DNA from: a virus | Lineage: Duplodnaviria > Caudoviricetes | Strand: one strand, 5' to 3' | Virus record (IMG/VR): IMGVR_UViG_3300020204_000093 | Location: 1-52,160 of that record | DNA length: 52,160 bases | Shown: piece after piece, positions 28,472 through 39,700 of the stretch | How positions within the stretch are numbered: the stretch's first letter is position 1 | Layout of the letters: each line of letters starts with the position of its first letter | Notes under the pieces: model-generated | The model's input: the letters and a program-made list of their open reading frames with translations, nothing else | Told to the model about the DNA's origin: nothing | The model's database searches: none | Program-made: the position numbers and the translations under genes

Positions 28472-29116
28472 TTATAGAGTACGATCTACGATTTTACCGT
28501 ATGATGCGTCATCGTTTGGAAGGAGACGGAACGAAACTTCAAACATTGAAGCCTCATCACGCTTTGCTGATACTGTTACGCTCTCAATTGAGAGTGCACG
28601 GTATGCAACATAAATTCTTTCCTTTGGATCTGCAGCGGAACCAGATCCTGGTCCTACTGCAACAAGGCCACGCTCTAGTGGAACGTCACCAATATCGCCT
28701 GCTGACATTTTTAATGTCTTTAGGGGTCCATCAGTTACCTTGTCTGTATCATCTGCTGCAATTGCAACTAGAAGATTTTCTAATGTTGCCTCTGCAAATG
28801 ATGTGTTTAGATTAACTGTCATACCTTGCTTGAATAGACGAGCAACGTCGAGAAGTTGATCTACTGCCACCTCACCGAAATCTGGTTGGAATGCTAGTTC
28901 CAAACCGTTCGATGTGTATCCTACGTTTGTGAAATCATCATCGCTTGACAATGTTTCTTTGTAGGATCCTGAGACTGGAGTCATTGCTGGAAGATCTGCC
29001 ACTGCTTGTACGTCAGTGATTTTTCCATTTGCGTCCAATCCAATTGGACCATCATACGTAAAAAGTGCTGCTGCACCTACGATAATGTTACTACTTGAAC
29101 CACGGCTGTATGCCAT
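28472..29116 (-). CDS. Major tail (tube) protein
   Basis: 'NVGYTSNGLEL...VDQLLD...FAEATLENL...FEVSFRLLP' siphovirus tail-tube pattern; strong RBS; followed by a terminator. Confidence 0.82.
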   Translation of the reverse strand: MAYSRGSSSNIIVGAAALFTYDGPIGLDANGKITDVQAVADLPAMTPVSGSYKETLSSDDDFTNVGYTSNGLELAFQPDFGEVAVDQLLDVARLFKQGMTVNLNTSFAEATLENLLVAIAADDTDKVTDGPLKTLKMSAGDIGDVPLERGLVAVGPGSGSAADPKERIYVAYRALSIESVTVSAKRDEASMFEVSFRLLPNDDASYGKIVDRTL

Positions 29117-29167
29117 ATATTCTCACCTCTTTCATTTTATTAAAAGGGGGTTTGTTTCCTCGCCTTA

Positions 29168-29176
29168 ATTATACTA
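29168..29176 (-). promoter_or_regulatory. -10 promoter (TAGTATAAT) for major tail gene
   Basis: Intergenic TATAAT upstream of GAGGTG RBS. Confidence 0.5.
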
Positions 29177-29184
29177 CCCTTTTA

Positions 29185-29724
29185 TTAGGAATTTAATGGG
29201 TGCCAATCGTAGTCAATTATTATCTTATTCCCCGCATAGGTACGGGCCGTGCCAAAGTCTACTATATCTCTGGTTTCTTCTAGTTGATAAATCTTGAAGT
29301 TATGAAAGAAACATGGCTTGGATTCTGCCCATAGGGTTGGGTTGGCTGCTGCCCACTCATTGAGGTCTTTTGCTGAGTCATCTCCCGCATCAAGAAGATC
29401 GCTCACCTGTTGCTGAGTTATGACCATATTTTTTTGTGCATCATTTCCTACAGAATAAAAATAGTATAGCAGTTGCTCACATTTAATATATGGGAAAGGG
29501 GTTCTTCTCATTTTGAACATTCTATCGTATACACCAAAAACTCCATTACTGTCTGGGAATGTCTCCGTAAGCGCATCTATTTGTGTTGGCAATGTTGGGA
29601 AAAAATATGTTGTTCCAATTAACTCTGATCCTCCAATAGAGTCGTCAGGATTAAAGCCTGGATCTATTTTTGCTGCCAAGTAAGCATTTATAATTGTAGG
29701 TGGATGATGAATTACTGCTGTCAT
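29185..29724 (-). CDS. Putative tail terminator / neck protein
   Basis: Position immediately upstream of major tail gene. Confidence 0.5.
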   Translation of the reverse strand: MTAVIHHPPTIINAYLAAKIDPGFNPDDSIGGSELIGTTYFFPTLPTQIDALTETFPDSNGVFGVYDRMFKMRRTPFPYIKCEQLLYYFYSVGNDAQKNMVITQQQVSDLLDAGDDSAKDLNEWAAANPTLWAESKPCFFHNFKIYQLEETRDIVDFGTARTYAGNKIIIDYDWHPLNS

Positions 29725-30398
29725 TTAATACCAACTCCTGCATTAGCAATCCAGCGATAGCCAGTAGACAAACCTTTTGATTTACCTATTCGCTTTCCTG
29801 CTGCCATGTCTTTCTTATAAACTATTGGATTCTCAAGATATCTAGCAATACCACTTACTCGTAAAAATGCTTGAGAAAAATATCTATTAAAGAACATATC
29901 AAATACCTTTTCAAACCCACCCTGTACTTCTGTTCCTCCAGGATTATCTACCCTTACTTCATTTTTTGTAAACACCGTTTCTCCATTATCTTCAAACGCT
30001 AACGCCTGTGCAACTCTTGGTCTAATTGTAACAGGAATCCCCTCTTCCATAATTCTAGCCTTGTCATAAAATGGAGTTCTTGATCCATTCTTTATTGAAG
30101 TAGATTGACGAAACGACGACCTAAATGACAAACCAAGGTTGCTCGTTGTATAGGATATGTCATATAGCCTTGCGCTAGGGCTACCTGTTTGATTCCATTC
30201 ATACACATGATGTAGCATATCTGGATTAACTCTAGCGTTAGAGTCTATAAACTCTTTCATTAGTTCTACAGTTTCTAGTCCTACTGTTTTTAAGAATATG
30301 GTTTTGCCTCTTTTTATACCCTCCAAAAACCCCACAGAATAGTCAACTATGTTACTCATGTCTTTTTTAAATTGTGCAGAATTAAATACGGCTCTCAT
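29721..30398 (-). CDS. Putative neck / tail completion protein
   Basis: Synteny; 'MEEGIPVTIRPRVAQALAFE...VDNPGG' resembles HK97 gp10-like proteins. Confidence 0.5.
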   Translation of the reverse strand: MRAVFNSAQFKKDMSNIVDYSVGFLEGIKRGKTIFLKTVGLETVELMKEFIDSNARVNPDMLHHVYEWNQTGSPSARLYDISYTTSNLGLSFRSSFRQSTSIKNGSRTPFYDKARIMEEGIPVTIRPRVAQALAFEDNGETVFTKNEVRVDNPGGTEVQGGFEKVFDMFFNRYFSQAFLRVSGIARYLENPIVYKKDMAAGKRIGKSKGLSTGYRWIANAGVGIK

Positions 30399-30844
30399 AC
30401 ATCACCCGTCTGATTTTCTGACCTTCTTATAATTAATTTAAAAGACTCTACTGTTCCAAACGGCCCAACAAATGGCTCATATGTAGCAATCTCAAATAGA
30501 GTTCCCTTTCCTGATCTTGGACCAGAAGTCTCTAAGTAGATAAGATTTCCTTCTTGATCCTTTATGTCTGTTATAAGAATGTTGGTTAATGAGTTTTTAT
30601 TATCTCTTAAGGACAACCTTAAATCTGACTTTGCTCTTCCAACCAATATAGCATTTTGTGTTATATTTACATTTGGCTTAAGTTCTTCTTTAAATGCTGA
30701 ACCGCCTGCTGAAAAACTGCATGCAAATATTCTATCTAAAACCCATTGTTTTTTAATTGCTCCAAAATCACCCTGCTCAACAATTGGATGATATAAAGAT
30801 GCTTGCATTGGAAACATGAAGTCTGGAGTTTCGCATATTGTCAT
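30395..30844 (-). CDS. Putative head-closure (stopper) protein
   Basis: Synteny, size and beta-rich sequence. Confidence 0.5.
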   Translation of the reverse strand: MTICETPDFMFPMQASLYHPIVEQGDFGAIKKQWVLDRIFACSFSAGGSAFKEELKPNVNITQNAILVGRAKSDLRLSLRDNKNSLTNILITDIKDQEGNLIYLETSGPRSGKGTLFEIATYEPFVGPFGTVESFKLIIRRSENQTGDV

Positions 30845-31725
30845 TACAACACCCCAAGTTTTTTAATAGACTTTGTATACTTTGAAAGTATCTTGTCTAC
30901 AAGTATGTTTCCTGTTCCTTCGAATAAACTTTTGTCAAATTGAATTCTGTATTGATCTGTGTTGTATGAAGAAATAAATCTCTTGTAATAATCTAACTTT
31001 CCACAATCTATGTCGTGTATTAGCATTTCTGTTGCTCTAACAATATCTGATGGAACAGATGTGTGTCCGTATTCAACTGTTATTCTGTAGTCCCAAGTTT
31101 TTCCAAAACCTCTATATATAAATTGTGGATCAAGCGAGTCTGACGATGCTGCTGGAAGAACTAGTGGGGCTGACTCTGCACGATTAATATTGTCTGTTGA
31201 CTTTTCAACAATTGCTGTTTTGTCAGATGTTACTTCGTATTCTCTGTCTGTTACCAATTTGTTATTTTCATATACTGTTAAAACCTTTTTTACATCATCC
31301 CAGATAGGCAAGTAGTCTGATCCAGTTCCTGTAAAATTCAAAACTTTTTTCTTATAATAAAATCCTTCTCCAACTATTGAATCAATAATTGCTCTTGCTA
31401 ATTCTTCATTGTCTGCATAGGAAGAAATGTCTGAGGCTGTATCTCCCTTTGTAGTTGGGTCTACATATGGCCTAACTATTTCGTATGTAGTATCAGAAAC
31501 AACATCTTCATCAATAATAATCTCTACTCTATATTCAGAGTCGTATGTTCCAGGAAGGTTTATTGTTACTATGTCTCCCGTTGAAAGTTCTTGAAATTCA
31601 AGAGTAGATACAGAAAGATCCGCCATGTCAGTTATCAAAACAGTTACATCTTCATCTACAATAGACGAAGGAATTTTATAAGTAACTGGAATGTCTGCGT
31701 ATGGCGGAACTCTCAATATCTCCAT
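30844..31725 (-). CDS. Putative head-tail adaptor
   Basis: 'ARAIIDSIVGEGF...VEYGHTSVPSDIVRATEMLI' adaptor-like pattern. Confidence 0.6.
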   Translation of the reverse strand: MEILRVPPYADIPVTYKIPSSIVDEDVTVLITDMADLSVSTLEFQELSTGDIVTINLPGTYDSEYRVEIIIDEDVVSDTTYEIVRPYVDPTTKGDTASDISSYADNEELARAIIDSIVGEGFYYKKKVLNFTGTGSDYLPIWDDVKKVLTVYENNKLVTDREYEVTSDKTAIVEKSTDNINRAESAPLVLPAASSDSLDPQFIYRGFGKTWDYRITVEYGHTSVPSDIVRATEMLIHDIDCGKLDYYKRFISSYNTDQYRIQFDKSLFEGTGNILVDKILSKYTKSIKKLGVL

Positions 31726-31727
31726 AC

Positions 31728-32123
31728 TTAATTACCAAAAGCCTTTTTTAATTCTTCTGGTGTTGCAATTCTAACATGTGGACGAGTTAACCATTTATCT
31801 GCTTGCTCTTTTGTTACAATGTTGTAACCTTTAGATACAGACCCTGCCTCTTCCCAACGAACATTCTTTGTTGAGTAGATTGCTACCTTATCTTCGCTTT
31901 GATGTTCTGGCTTAATTGTTTTCTTTGGACCATCTGCTGCCATTGATCCAATAGCGCCTGTTTCTGTAAATCCTAGCGCTTGAACTGGTTCTGCAACTGG
32001 CTCTACAACAGGTTCTGGTGCTACTACAACAGGCTGTACAACTGGCTCTGCTGGTGTTTCAACAACTACTGGCTCTTGTGCATCCTCTGTTACGAATGGC
32101 TTATTGTATTCATTATTTTCCAT
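31728..32123 (-). CDS. Hypothetical protein with Pro/Val/Glu-rich linker, downstream of capsid gene
   Basis: Own promoter and GGAGG RBS; EPVV-type low-complexity N-terminus. Confidence 0.6.
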   Translation of the reverse strand: MENNEYNKPFVTEDAQEPVVVETPAEPVVQPVVVAPEPVVEPVAEPVQALGFTETGAIGSMAADGPKKTIKPEHQSEDKVAIYSTKNVRWEEAGSVSKGYNIVTKEQADKWLTRPHVRIATPEELKKAFGN

Positions 32124-32141
32124 GATATCCTCCTTATTTGT

Positions 32142-32150
32142 ATTATATCA
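32142..32150 (-). promoter_or_regulatory. Extended -10 promoter (TGATATAAT)
   Basis: Lies between the capsid terminator and the RBS of the 32123 ORF. Confidence 0.6.
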
Positions 32151-32152
32151 CT

Positions 32153-32192
32153 AAAGTATTAAGGGGGACAGGAGAGTGAACTCCCGCCCCCC
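32153..32192 (-). terminator. Intrinsic terminator after major capsid gene
   Basis: Minus strand GGGGGGCGGGAG-ttcact-CTCCTGTCCCCC followed by TTAATACTTT. Confidence 0.75.
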
Positions 32193-32213
32193 ATTAAAGG
32201 TTACTGTTACAGA

Positions 32214-33347
32214 TTATGCATCTGCAGCAGCGTCAGCGTATGCAATTGCATCCTCTTCTTCCCATTGAAGTCCGAAGCGAACGAATACTGTGTATTCAAT
32301 TGTATCTTTCTTCGCTACGTACTCACGGTTTACAGTAATATCTCTTTGGAATCCCCATACACGGTTGGCAGGGAATGTCAAATCAATATAACCTTCTGGA
32401 TAGTAAGGAACTTCCTGAACTTCGATTCCGAGAACACGAGTTGTACGTGCTCCGCCGAAGGTCTGTCCGATACCATCAAGATAGTTCTGACGGTTTGCTT
32501 GAGTGCTTCCTGGAACTTGTCCAGCAAACGCTTCAGCAACAGCATCAGCGAGTGTACCGTTATTCTTAACGATACCGCCGAATGCATCTGTACCTGCATA
32601 GAACTTAAGATTGTTCTTAAGTGCACGGTACTTACGTGGCATTGCATTGATGATGCCTTGCATGACGCTAGGTGTCCAAGCATTATCTGCTACGGTCACT
32701 ACTGCCTCGTGTGCATCTCCGTTTGTCTTTACCTTATTGATAAAGCCTGGCATGATTGACAAGAATGCTCCTGTTGCACCATCACCATTGATAGCGAGAT
32801 CTTCGATATCATTTGCGAATGCGTTGGTCATTAAGCGTACCAAGTGATCTTCTAGAGCATCACCCTCGACACCATCTTCCAAAGATTCTGAAGTTACTTC
32901 CCAATCAAGACGAATCTTCTTGGTAGTAAGTTCAACCTTAGAGAAGGTTGCGCCAGTGTTTGTGTAGTTACCAATTGCCTGTGCTGCTGCACGAATTACA
33001 CGCTCACCTACGTTAATCTTCTCAAGTTCCATGGAGTTAGCCTTCATTGTTACACGACGGCCATCCTTTGCTAACACTGTAGCGTCCCAAACATAGTCGA
33101 TAAAACGACGAGCCTGCTCGGGGCGCAAAATTCCAGAAGCCGCTGAACCACTAGGGTTAACAGCATTTGCTCCGCTAGTTGTTCCAAGCGTTGCTGTTGG
33201 AATGTTTCCAAGTGTATTTGCACCTGGATTTGTTACTCCACCAATTCCGCCTGATGCGAAAGCACCTTGGCCCTGATAAAGACCTGGTGTTGCTCCACCT
33301 AGATCTCCAGCAGCGCCTGGCTGGTTTTTGATTATTTCTTCTGACAT
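32214..33347 (-). CDS. Major capsid protein (HK97 fold)
   Basis: 'GILRPEQARRFID...ESLEDGVEG...FANDIEDLAINGDG'; follows protease/scaffold; start moved to MSEEII (GGAGGTG RBS). Confidence 0.88.
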   Translation of the reverse strand: MSEEIIKNQPGAAGDLGGATPGLYQGQGAFASGGIGGVTNPGANTLGNIPTATLGTTSGANAVNPSGSAASGILRPEQARRFIDYVWDATVLAKDGRRVTMKANSMELEKINVGERVIRAAAQAIGNYTNTGATFSKVELTTKKIRLDWEVTSESLEDGVEGDALEDHLVRLMTNAFANDIEDLAINGDGATGAFLSIMPGFINKVKTNGDAHEAVVTVADNAWTPSVMQGIINAMPRKYRALKNNLKFYAGTDAFGGIVKNNGTLADAVAEAFAGQVPGSTQANRQNYLDGIGQTFGGARTTRVLGIEVQEVPYYPEGYIDLTFPANRVWGFQRDITVNREYVAKKDTIEYTVFVRFGLQWEEEDAIAYADAAADA

Positions 33348-33370
33348 ATTGTCACCTCCTAGTGATTTGT

Positions 33371-34705
33371 TCATTTGAATAGATCGGCTGTTTTGAGGAA
33401 ACTACCGCCCCATAGGGATTTTTCAACCGTTTCAGGTTGAGACTGGAAGATATCGCCGATATCCCCAGACTTTCGGAATGCGGTTTCTGCTTCCACAGCG
33501 TCTACTCGTTTTCCAAATTCATTAAATTCATTTGTAACTGTTGCAATATCTTTTGCAACGGCATCAAATGAATCCTTAACAGTATCAACATCAACCTTTG
33601 TAGACTTAAGAAGTTCTACTTCTGCCTGCAAAGCCTTTACTGTTGACACTAGATCGCTAAAGGCTGATTCTAAAGTATTTTGAGGAGAGGTAATTGCATC
33701 AGCAACTACTTCTTCTGATTTAGATACTTCTACAACTGCCTCGGTTACTGCTTGAATTGCTTCAGCATCTTCTGCCTTAGTAATTTCTTCTGCTACTGCT
33801 TCTGTGGTATTAACAACTTCAGTTGTCTCAACCTCTTCTGCCTTAGCAACTTGTTCAGTAACTTCTGCAACTGATGCATCTGCCTCTGGAGCGACCACAA
33901 CATCTTCAATTACAACCGTCTTTTCAACTTGTGTCTTTGATTTTGTCATATGTTGTACCTCCTTGTTCATCTTAGAAGTATTAATGCCTTTAGCACTATC
34001 AACTAAGAATTTTATCATTGTTGTTTTTTCACTATCCGTTTTTTCAACGAATCCTATATTTTCCATTTCTTGACCGCTTACTGGACTAGTTTCTGATTCA
34101 TTTTCAGATGATATTACAATCCCGTTTTCTTTGTCATAAAAAACATTTTCTAGAACAGTTGTATCACCCTTAATAACATCTACGCCGTCAACTTTTTCAA
34201 CCGAAACAATATTTGCAAATTGATTTGCTGGCGAATCTACAAGGCTTAGTTCAATAAGATCATAGTCTTTAATAATTCTAATTTGTGAGTCTGATTTCTC
34301 ATCATAACCGTCATCCCACTTGTTCATCTTGCCACCAATAGAAAATCCAGTTAGTGTACCGTCAAGAACCTTTTCCCATGTATCTTGTGCACCTTTAGAT
34401 ACATATGCAGATACAAAAACTCCGCTATAAAATTTCTTTGAGTCTGGATCAAAATATTTATCTTCTTTAAAGTTAATCATCTTGCCAACTGCTAGAGGCT
34501 GATGCATTTCACGAATGTTTCCTTTAAACTTTGTAAAAGCCCTCATAGATGCTTCTGCTGTAACTATATCCATTTGCTTATCTAGGTTGTCTAATGATGC
34601 AAATCCAGAAACAATGCGTCTTTCCTTATCTACCTTGCTAAAAGGCATTGATAGACGAAGATTTTCCCCATCTGAGTTCCAGTGGGCTTTGAATACATTA
34701 CTCAC
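33371..34705 (-). CDS. Prohead protease fused to acidic scaffold domain
   Basis: 'VSGFASLDNLDKQMDIV', 'REMH', 'GFSIGG', 'ELSLVDSPAN' (HK97-type protease) followed by an E/A/V-rich coiled coil; GTG start 6 nt after TATAAT. Confidence 0.88.
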   Translation of the reverse strand: MSNVFKAHWNSDGENLRLSMPFSKVDKERRIVSGFASLDNLDKQMDIVTAEASMRAFTKFKGNIREMHQPLAVGKMINFKEDKYFDPDSKKFYSGVFVSAYVSKGAQDTWEKVLDGTLTGFSIGGKMNKWDDGYDEKSDSQIRIIKDYDLIELSLVDSPANQFANIVSVEKVDGVDVIKGDTTVLENVFYDKENGIVISSENESETSPVSGQEMENIGFVEKTDSEKTTMIKFLVDSAKGINTSKMNKEVQHMTKSKTQVEKTVVIEDVVVAPEADASVAEVTEQVAKAEEVETTEVVNTTEAVAEEITKAEDAEAIQAVTEAVVEVSKSEEVVADAITSPQNTLESAFSDLVSTVKALQAEVELLKSTKVDVDTVKDSFDAVAKDIATVTNEFNEFGKRVDAVEAETAFRKSGDIGDIFQSQPETVEKSLWGGSFLKTADLFK

Positions 34706-34711
34706 CACTAT

Positions 34712-34720
34712 ATTATAACC
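34712..34720 (-). promoter_or_regulatory. -10 promoter (GGTTATAAT), probably leaderless
   Basis: TATAAT 6 nt upstream of GTG at 34705. Confidence 0.55.
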
Positions 34721-34760
34721 TCCATTTTATACAAGTATCACATTCTGGACATATCGGACA

Positions 34761-36347
34761 TTAAGGGGTTTTTCTGCCTTCGCCCTTTGGGTTTCTTCCA
34801 GAAACTGTTGATGGACTGTCAGAGTTGCTATTTGTTCTCTCTGAATCTCTGGTTCTTGTAGTTGTTGCTTCGGCTGCTGCCTCTGGCTTTAGATTTAATA
34901 CGTCATCTCCACCATCTCTTTGTGGCATATCCAAAACAACTCTTGCTTCGTTGGGGGTCATAATCTGATTCTTTACATATCTCTCAAGAATTTGAGATTG
35001 TGCAATTTCATCAGTCAAGGTTAATTCATTAAATACAAACTCAAGAATGTCTGTCTTTTCACGAATAATTTTATTAATCATTTTTTCTAATTGTCTTTGT
35101 GCTGGTCTTGCTACCTGCTCTTTAAAGGTGCGATCCTGTGCAAGTGCTGCTGCGATAGATCCAGAATCGCCCCCACCTAATTTAGAAAGTGGAACTTGGT
35201 GTGCTACCAATATGTCATCACGGTTTTGTTTACGATACTCTTTAAATGAGCCGTCCTGTATTCCGTCTTCAATGGGCTCCATCTTAAATTCAACTTTGTT
35301 GTTTTCGCTATCACCTGGAAGTGGAATATATAGCGTTCTGTGTGATTGCCCTCTCAGATTTGTCTGCAAGAATCGGAACATCTTGTCTTCTGCATCTCCA
35401 GAAAGTTTTGCACCCTTTAGCGTTACAACATAACGGGGTACTGCCTTGTTTGCAAAATAGTCAATATTATATTGTGATGCAAGCGAGTCTCCATGTAGTG
35501 AGTTAATAGCCGACATAATATCTGGCACTCCGTAGAATGTATTGAGAGGTGAGTATTGCTTAAAGTGAATAATCTCGTTTGGTCTAGCGTCTGTTGTTAG
35601 TGGGTTTGGATTTTTTGCTCCAAAGTTACGGAAATAAACAATCTTGTTTCCAATAATCTGTACATATCCATCTTTAATTCTTCTTACTCTCATTGTTGTT
35701 GCTGGAATGTGACCAACATATCCAATATCTCCACGAGTAGTTCTTCCTATTTCTAAATAACCATTTCCAGTTGATTGTAGGTCTGTATAAACCTTTTCCA
35801 TGGTAGCAGTAAATGAATCATCGTCATTAAGAGACTCTAGCCAATCACGAAGTTCTATCTTTGTTCTTTCAATTCTCTTTCTTGCTTTTTGTGTTGCACT
35901 ATTATCCTCAGATGCTTCTAGTCTAAGTATTGTTCTTGGAGAAACCTTAAACTCATAGCCAAGACCTACAATGTTCTCTACCTTTGCATCAATTGCTGCG
36001 TGATTTGCAAAAGATGTATCATAATAGTTTGCCAACTCATATAAATTCCACGGTGGCGTAATAACATCAAACATTCCATAGCCGTTTACATACACTAGGC
36101 CTGGATTTATCTCTTTAGATTGTGCTCCATCAATACCGCCTTTTCCAGCCAATGCTGCAGTTGTATATTGTGGAGTTGGCTGTATTACTTTTGTAGAAAG
36201 TCGACTTGTTCTTCTTTTAAAGTTTGCATCTAGCCCATCTAGTGTTTTTAATGTATCCCAATTATTGTTAAATGGATCTGATTTTGAAAATGGGTCTTCC
36301 TTTTTTATAGCGTCATCAATCTTTGCGCCTATTGTATATTCTTCCAT
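34761..36347 (-). CDS. Portal protein
   Basis: 'GNGYLEI', 'EIIHFK...FYGVPDI', 'DDILVAHQVP', 'IMTPNEARVVLDMP..DGGD'; start moved to MEEYTIG (GAGG RBS). Confidence 0.9.
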   Translation of the reverse strand: MEEYTIGAKIDDAIKKEDPFSKSDPFNNNWDTLKTLDGLDANFKRRTSRLSTKVIQPTPQYTTAALAGKGGIDGAQSKEINPGLVYVNGYGMFDVITPPWNLYELANYYDTSFANHAAIDAKVENIVGLGYEFKVSPRTILRLEASEDNSATQKARKRIERTKIELRDWLESLNDDDSFTATMEKVYTDLQSTGNGYLEIGRTTRGDIGYVGHIPATTMRVRRIKDGYVQIIGNKIVYFRNFGAKNPNPLTTDARPNEIIHFKQYSPLNTFYGVPDIMSAINSLHGDSLASQYNIDYFANKAVPRYVVTLKGAKLSGDAEDKMFRFLQTNLRGQSHRTLYIPLPGDSENNKVEFKMEPIEDGIQDGSFKEYRKQNRDDILVAHQVPLSKLGGGDSGSIAAALAQDRTFKEQVARPAQRQLEKMINKIIREKTDILEFVFNELTLTDEIAQSQILERYVKNQIMTPNEARVVLDMPQRDGGDDVLNLKPEAAAEATTTRTRDSERTNSNSDSPSTVSGRNPKGEGRKTP

Positions 36348-36348
36348 A

Positions 36349-36735
36349 TTATTCCTCGTCTCCATATTTTGCAATTGTGTCCTTTGCTGCTTGAACAGCG
36401 CCCAAGTCATTTAGAGAAGGAATGAGTCCAGCCTTGAGTCTGTCAACTTGCTCGCTATATTCTTCTTCAGAAACCCTTGTTCCACCTGGAACAAATATTG
36501 CTTGCCCATCTCCTGGATCTCCATAATGCATTGCTGTATTTTTTAATTCTGCAATCTTAGAAATGTCTCCCTTTTGTGAAGGAATGTTTAAAACAGATCC
36601 GTGCCCATCTGTAAACCACTTTCCATTTGCCTTTTTATATACATACAGGCCCCAGTTATAGTTCTTTTCAATAACCTTACGTCTTACATTTTTTACAATT
36701 GGCTTACCAGTTTTTGGGTTAATTAATGAATCCAT
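36349..36735 (-). CDS. Hypothetical protein upstream of portal
   Basis: Own promoter; coupled to portal. Confidence 0.65.
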   Translation of the reverse strand: MDSLINPKTGKPIVKNVRRKVIEKNYNWGLYVYKKANGKWFTDGHGSVLNIPSQKGDISKIAELKNTAMHYGDPGDGQAIFVPGGTRVSEEEYSEQVDRLKAGLIPSLNDLGAVQAAKDTIAKYGDEE

Positions 36736-36742
36736 GACAATA

Positions 36743-36751
36743 AGTATACCA
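36743..36751 (-). promoter_or_regulatory. Extended -10 promoter (TGGTATACT), leaderless
   Basis: 7 nt upstream of the ATG at 36735. Confidence 0.65.
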
Positions 36752-36753
36752 TA

Positions 36754-39700
36754 TTAAACTGGATCAACCGTAAATTTATTCCAAAATATGTCATTATATA
36801 AAGAATATGCATAGTTTCCTACGCTTATTGGAACATTGTCCCCTACGATTATCTTATTGGTCCCAGTATAACTCTTATAAACCTCTGAAGGGTTTACACC
36901 GTAATAACTTGTTTCTGCCAAAACCAAAACCCTATTCCAATTAAACGGACCAACGCTCCAGAACTCCCAGTCTAGCGTCTCTCCAGACAATACCTTTACC
37001 CTAAACCATGGTCGCTCTGATATATTTTGAACCTCTTGTAGGTTTGTGGCTTGATAATAAGATATGTTGTTAAACAATAATGGACCAGTTAATCTCATGG
37101 CCCCTTCAAAATATGAAAAATCAAGACTATTAGAAAAGTTAATACCCAAAAACCCCCACTCTTGAAGAGTTATAACTGGTTCTCTAACAATCTTACCGTT
37201 CCAATAAAAACCAATTTCGTTTTGAACTAAACCAGTTTTTGCATCTATTCCATAAATCTTTGCTCTTCGTCCACTAGAATCGTTTGCTACCATATAAAAC
37301 TTTATATGCGAAGACTTGCCCTCTACCTCAAATATTTGTGTTGGCGCATATGGGAAATAGTCTCCATCAAACCTTATAGCCATTTGTGATGCAATAACCT
37401 TAAAATTATTTGCCCTGCTAGAGTTAATTGGAATAGCCAATCCACGATTTACAAGTGGATCATGCTGTCCTTTAATTTGTATACCGCTAGTTTTTGTAAG
37501 ATATAGATATGGAGATGAACTAGTGTAAATTGCAAACGGATTGTTCTTTTTAAAATTATAGTAAATTCCAGTTTTAGTATATGGGTAAATCGGCGTTCCA
37601 AACCTAGTTCCAATTGGACTAGCATCCGATTCATTTAATGCTTGAGACGCATAAGAAAGTTTTTTAATATTAACATTGTTTGTTTGAGAATTTTTAACAT
37701 TAATGTCTATGTGGGTGACGATAGATAAATCATTAAAATCAACACCCGCTGGTGGATAAATAATCATATTGTCTACAACTTCATATTTTGTTGTCATCCA
37801 GTCTGATTTGGGAATTAGTATTCCGTTTCTAGAAGGCCTTTCTGTTTTTGTAAAATAAAATGGGGTTTGGTTTGCACCTAGTTCTGTATACTGAAATGTT
37901 ATGTATGTTTTTACAATTGACCCATCTGTATCATACCTATAATCTTTTGCTATTTTATTTTTTAAATCTTCGTAATCGTTATATCCAGTAAACAAATAAT
38001 TGTCAAGTGATTCATATGTTCTTTGAACTGGAAATGCATACTCATTTGCTAACTCGGCATATGTCCATTCTACTGGGTCAGTTTCTAGCGCTATAGTCTT
38101 TGATGATATTGGATAGTCAATGTTAAATTGAATAAAGTCAAGATCAAAATACTGATCTCCTCTTTTATCCAAAACAGATTCTGCAAAATATGTTAATGGT
38201 ATTTGGTCTTCCCAATAGGCATTTGCTGATACTGTAAGTTTATATGTATCAAAAATTTGATCTGGAACAAGAGTGTAACTAGCAATGTGATCTAAAAGAA
38301 AGTCCTCATCTGGAACAATTACGCCTCCGCCACTAATTGCACCAGGGGCTGTGCCAGTTATAGATCCATAAGGAGGTAAAGATGTTGTATCTATTCCTCC
38401 ATCTATATTTATTAATTGATTGTTTTGATAAACAGCAAATAAATCTTCATTCCAAACTGGAACCCCAAGTTCATTAAATAGTGATCTAATTTTTTGAAAA
38501 TTATATTTAGTACAAAAACCTATTTTGTATATTTTACCAGTAAAGGTTTCTGTATTATTTTTTTTGCCACCCACATACATTCGCAAATCTGACAAAGACC
38601 CAAAGAACTCTGAAACTGGATTCCCAAATCTTGAAACAAAGGCTGGAATATTAACTCCAATATCAACTGTTTCTCCTGGCTCTGCTATTAAAGGTGAGTA
38701 TAGTGTTGTATAAAAATCTAAAATTCCATTTCCTGGTATGTTTAATCCATAAGAATATTTATCTGCATACGCTTCATTGTCATTTTGATCAAGAGTTATC
38801 CATGGGGTTTCTATAGAAAAAGAGTTTTGATTTATTATTTTAAAAACGCTAACATGAGCATCTGATTTATTAAACTCTGTTTTTTTAAATTGGGTTATTA
38901 AAACTTTTGAGTTTTCGGAAAGTTGATGCGGAACATTTGTGGTGTACGTTGTATTTACAATTCCAGTAGTTGAATTCATAAATGCTTTTGCTTCATTAAT
39001 TTTTATACTGTCTATACCATTTTTATAAAATATGTTAAAGTTTTCTAGTTCTATAGAAAAATAAGAGTTGCTGTTTTCTTTTTCAATTCTAAACAATGTT
39101 TGTTTTGTAGAAGAAGACTGTGGTAATCTAAAACATCCATAAAAAGCAGAAACTGGTTGTTTTAAAAAGTCAAAATTTTCAAAAAACAGATATCCAAATA
39201 CGTTGTTCCAAGAGGAGTTAGGTCTAAAAGAAAAAAAGTTAATTGGATCAGATGATTGAACTGATTTACAATCGGACAACAACTCTTCTTTTGTTTTTGA
39301 AGACAAGAATATTTTTGGAGGTGGTGCAGACGCAATAGATAAAGATTTATTAACTACAGAAATATTATCACTAAACGCCTGTTGCCAAGAACCAATTTTT
39401 GGATATGAGTAGTTGGCTGTATAGTCTGCAAAAGCATAGTCAATAAATACAGAAGTTCCGCTATATGATGTATTTATATTTTCTGGTATTTCAACTCCTT
39501 GTCCAAAAACAAATCTTCTTTTTGCCATCGCAGTTGCTACAACATACGGATAGATACCTACGCAATCAATTTCTATTGGATAAACATCTTCATGTGCATA
39601 AAAACCTATCCAGTCCTGATTTTTATTATTTTCATTTAGCATGTTTGGAACAACCAAAGATTCTCTATTATAATCTAACGATATAACTTCTTGACCATTG

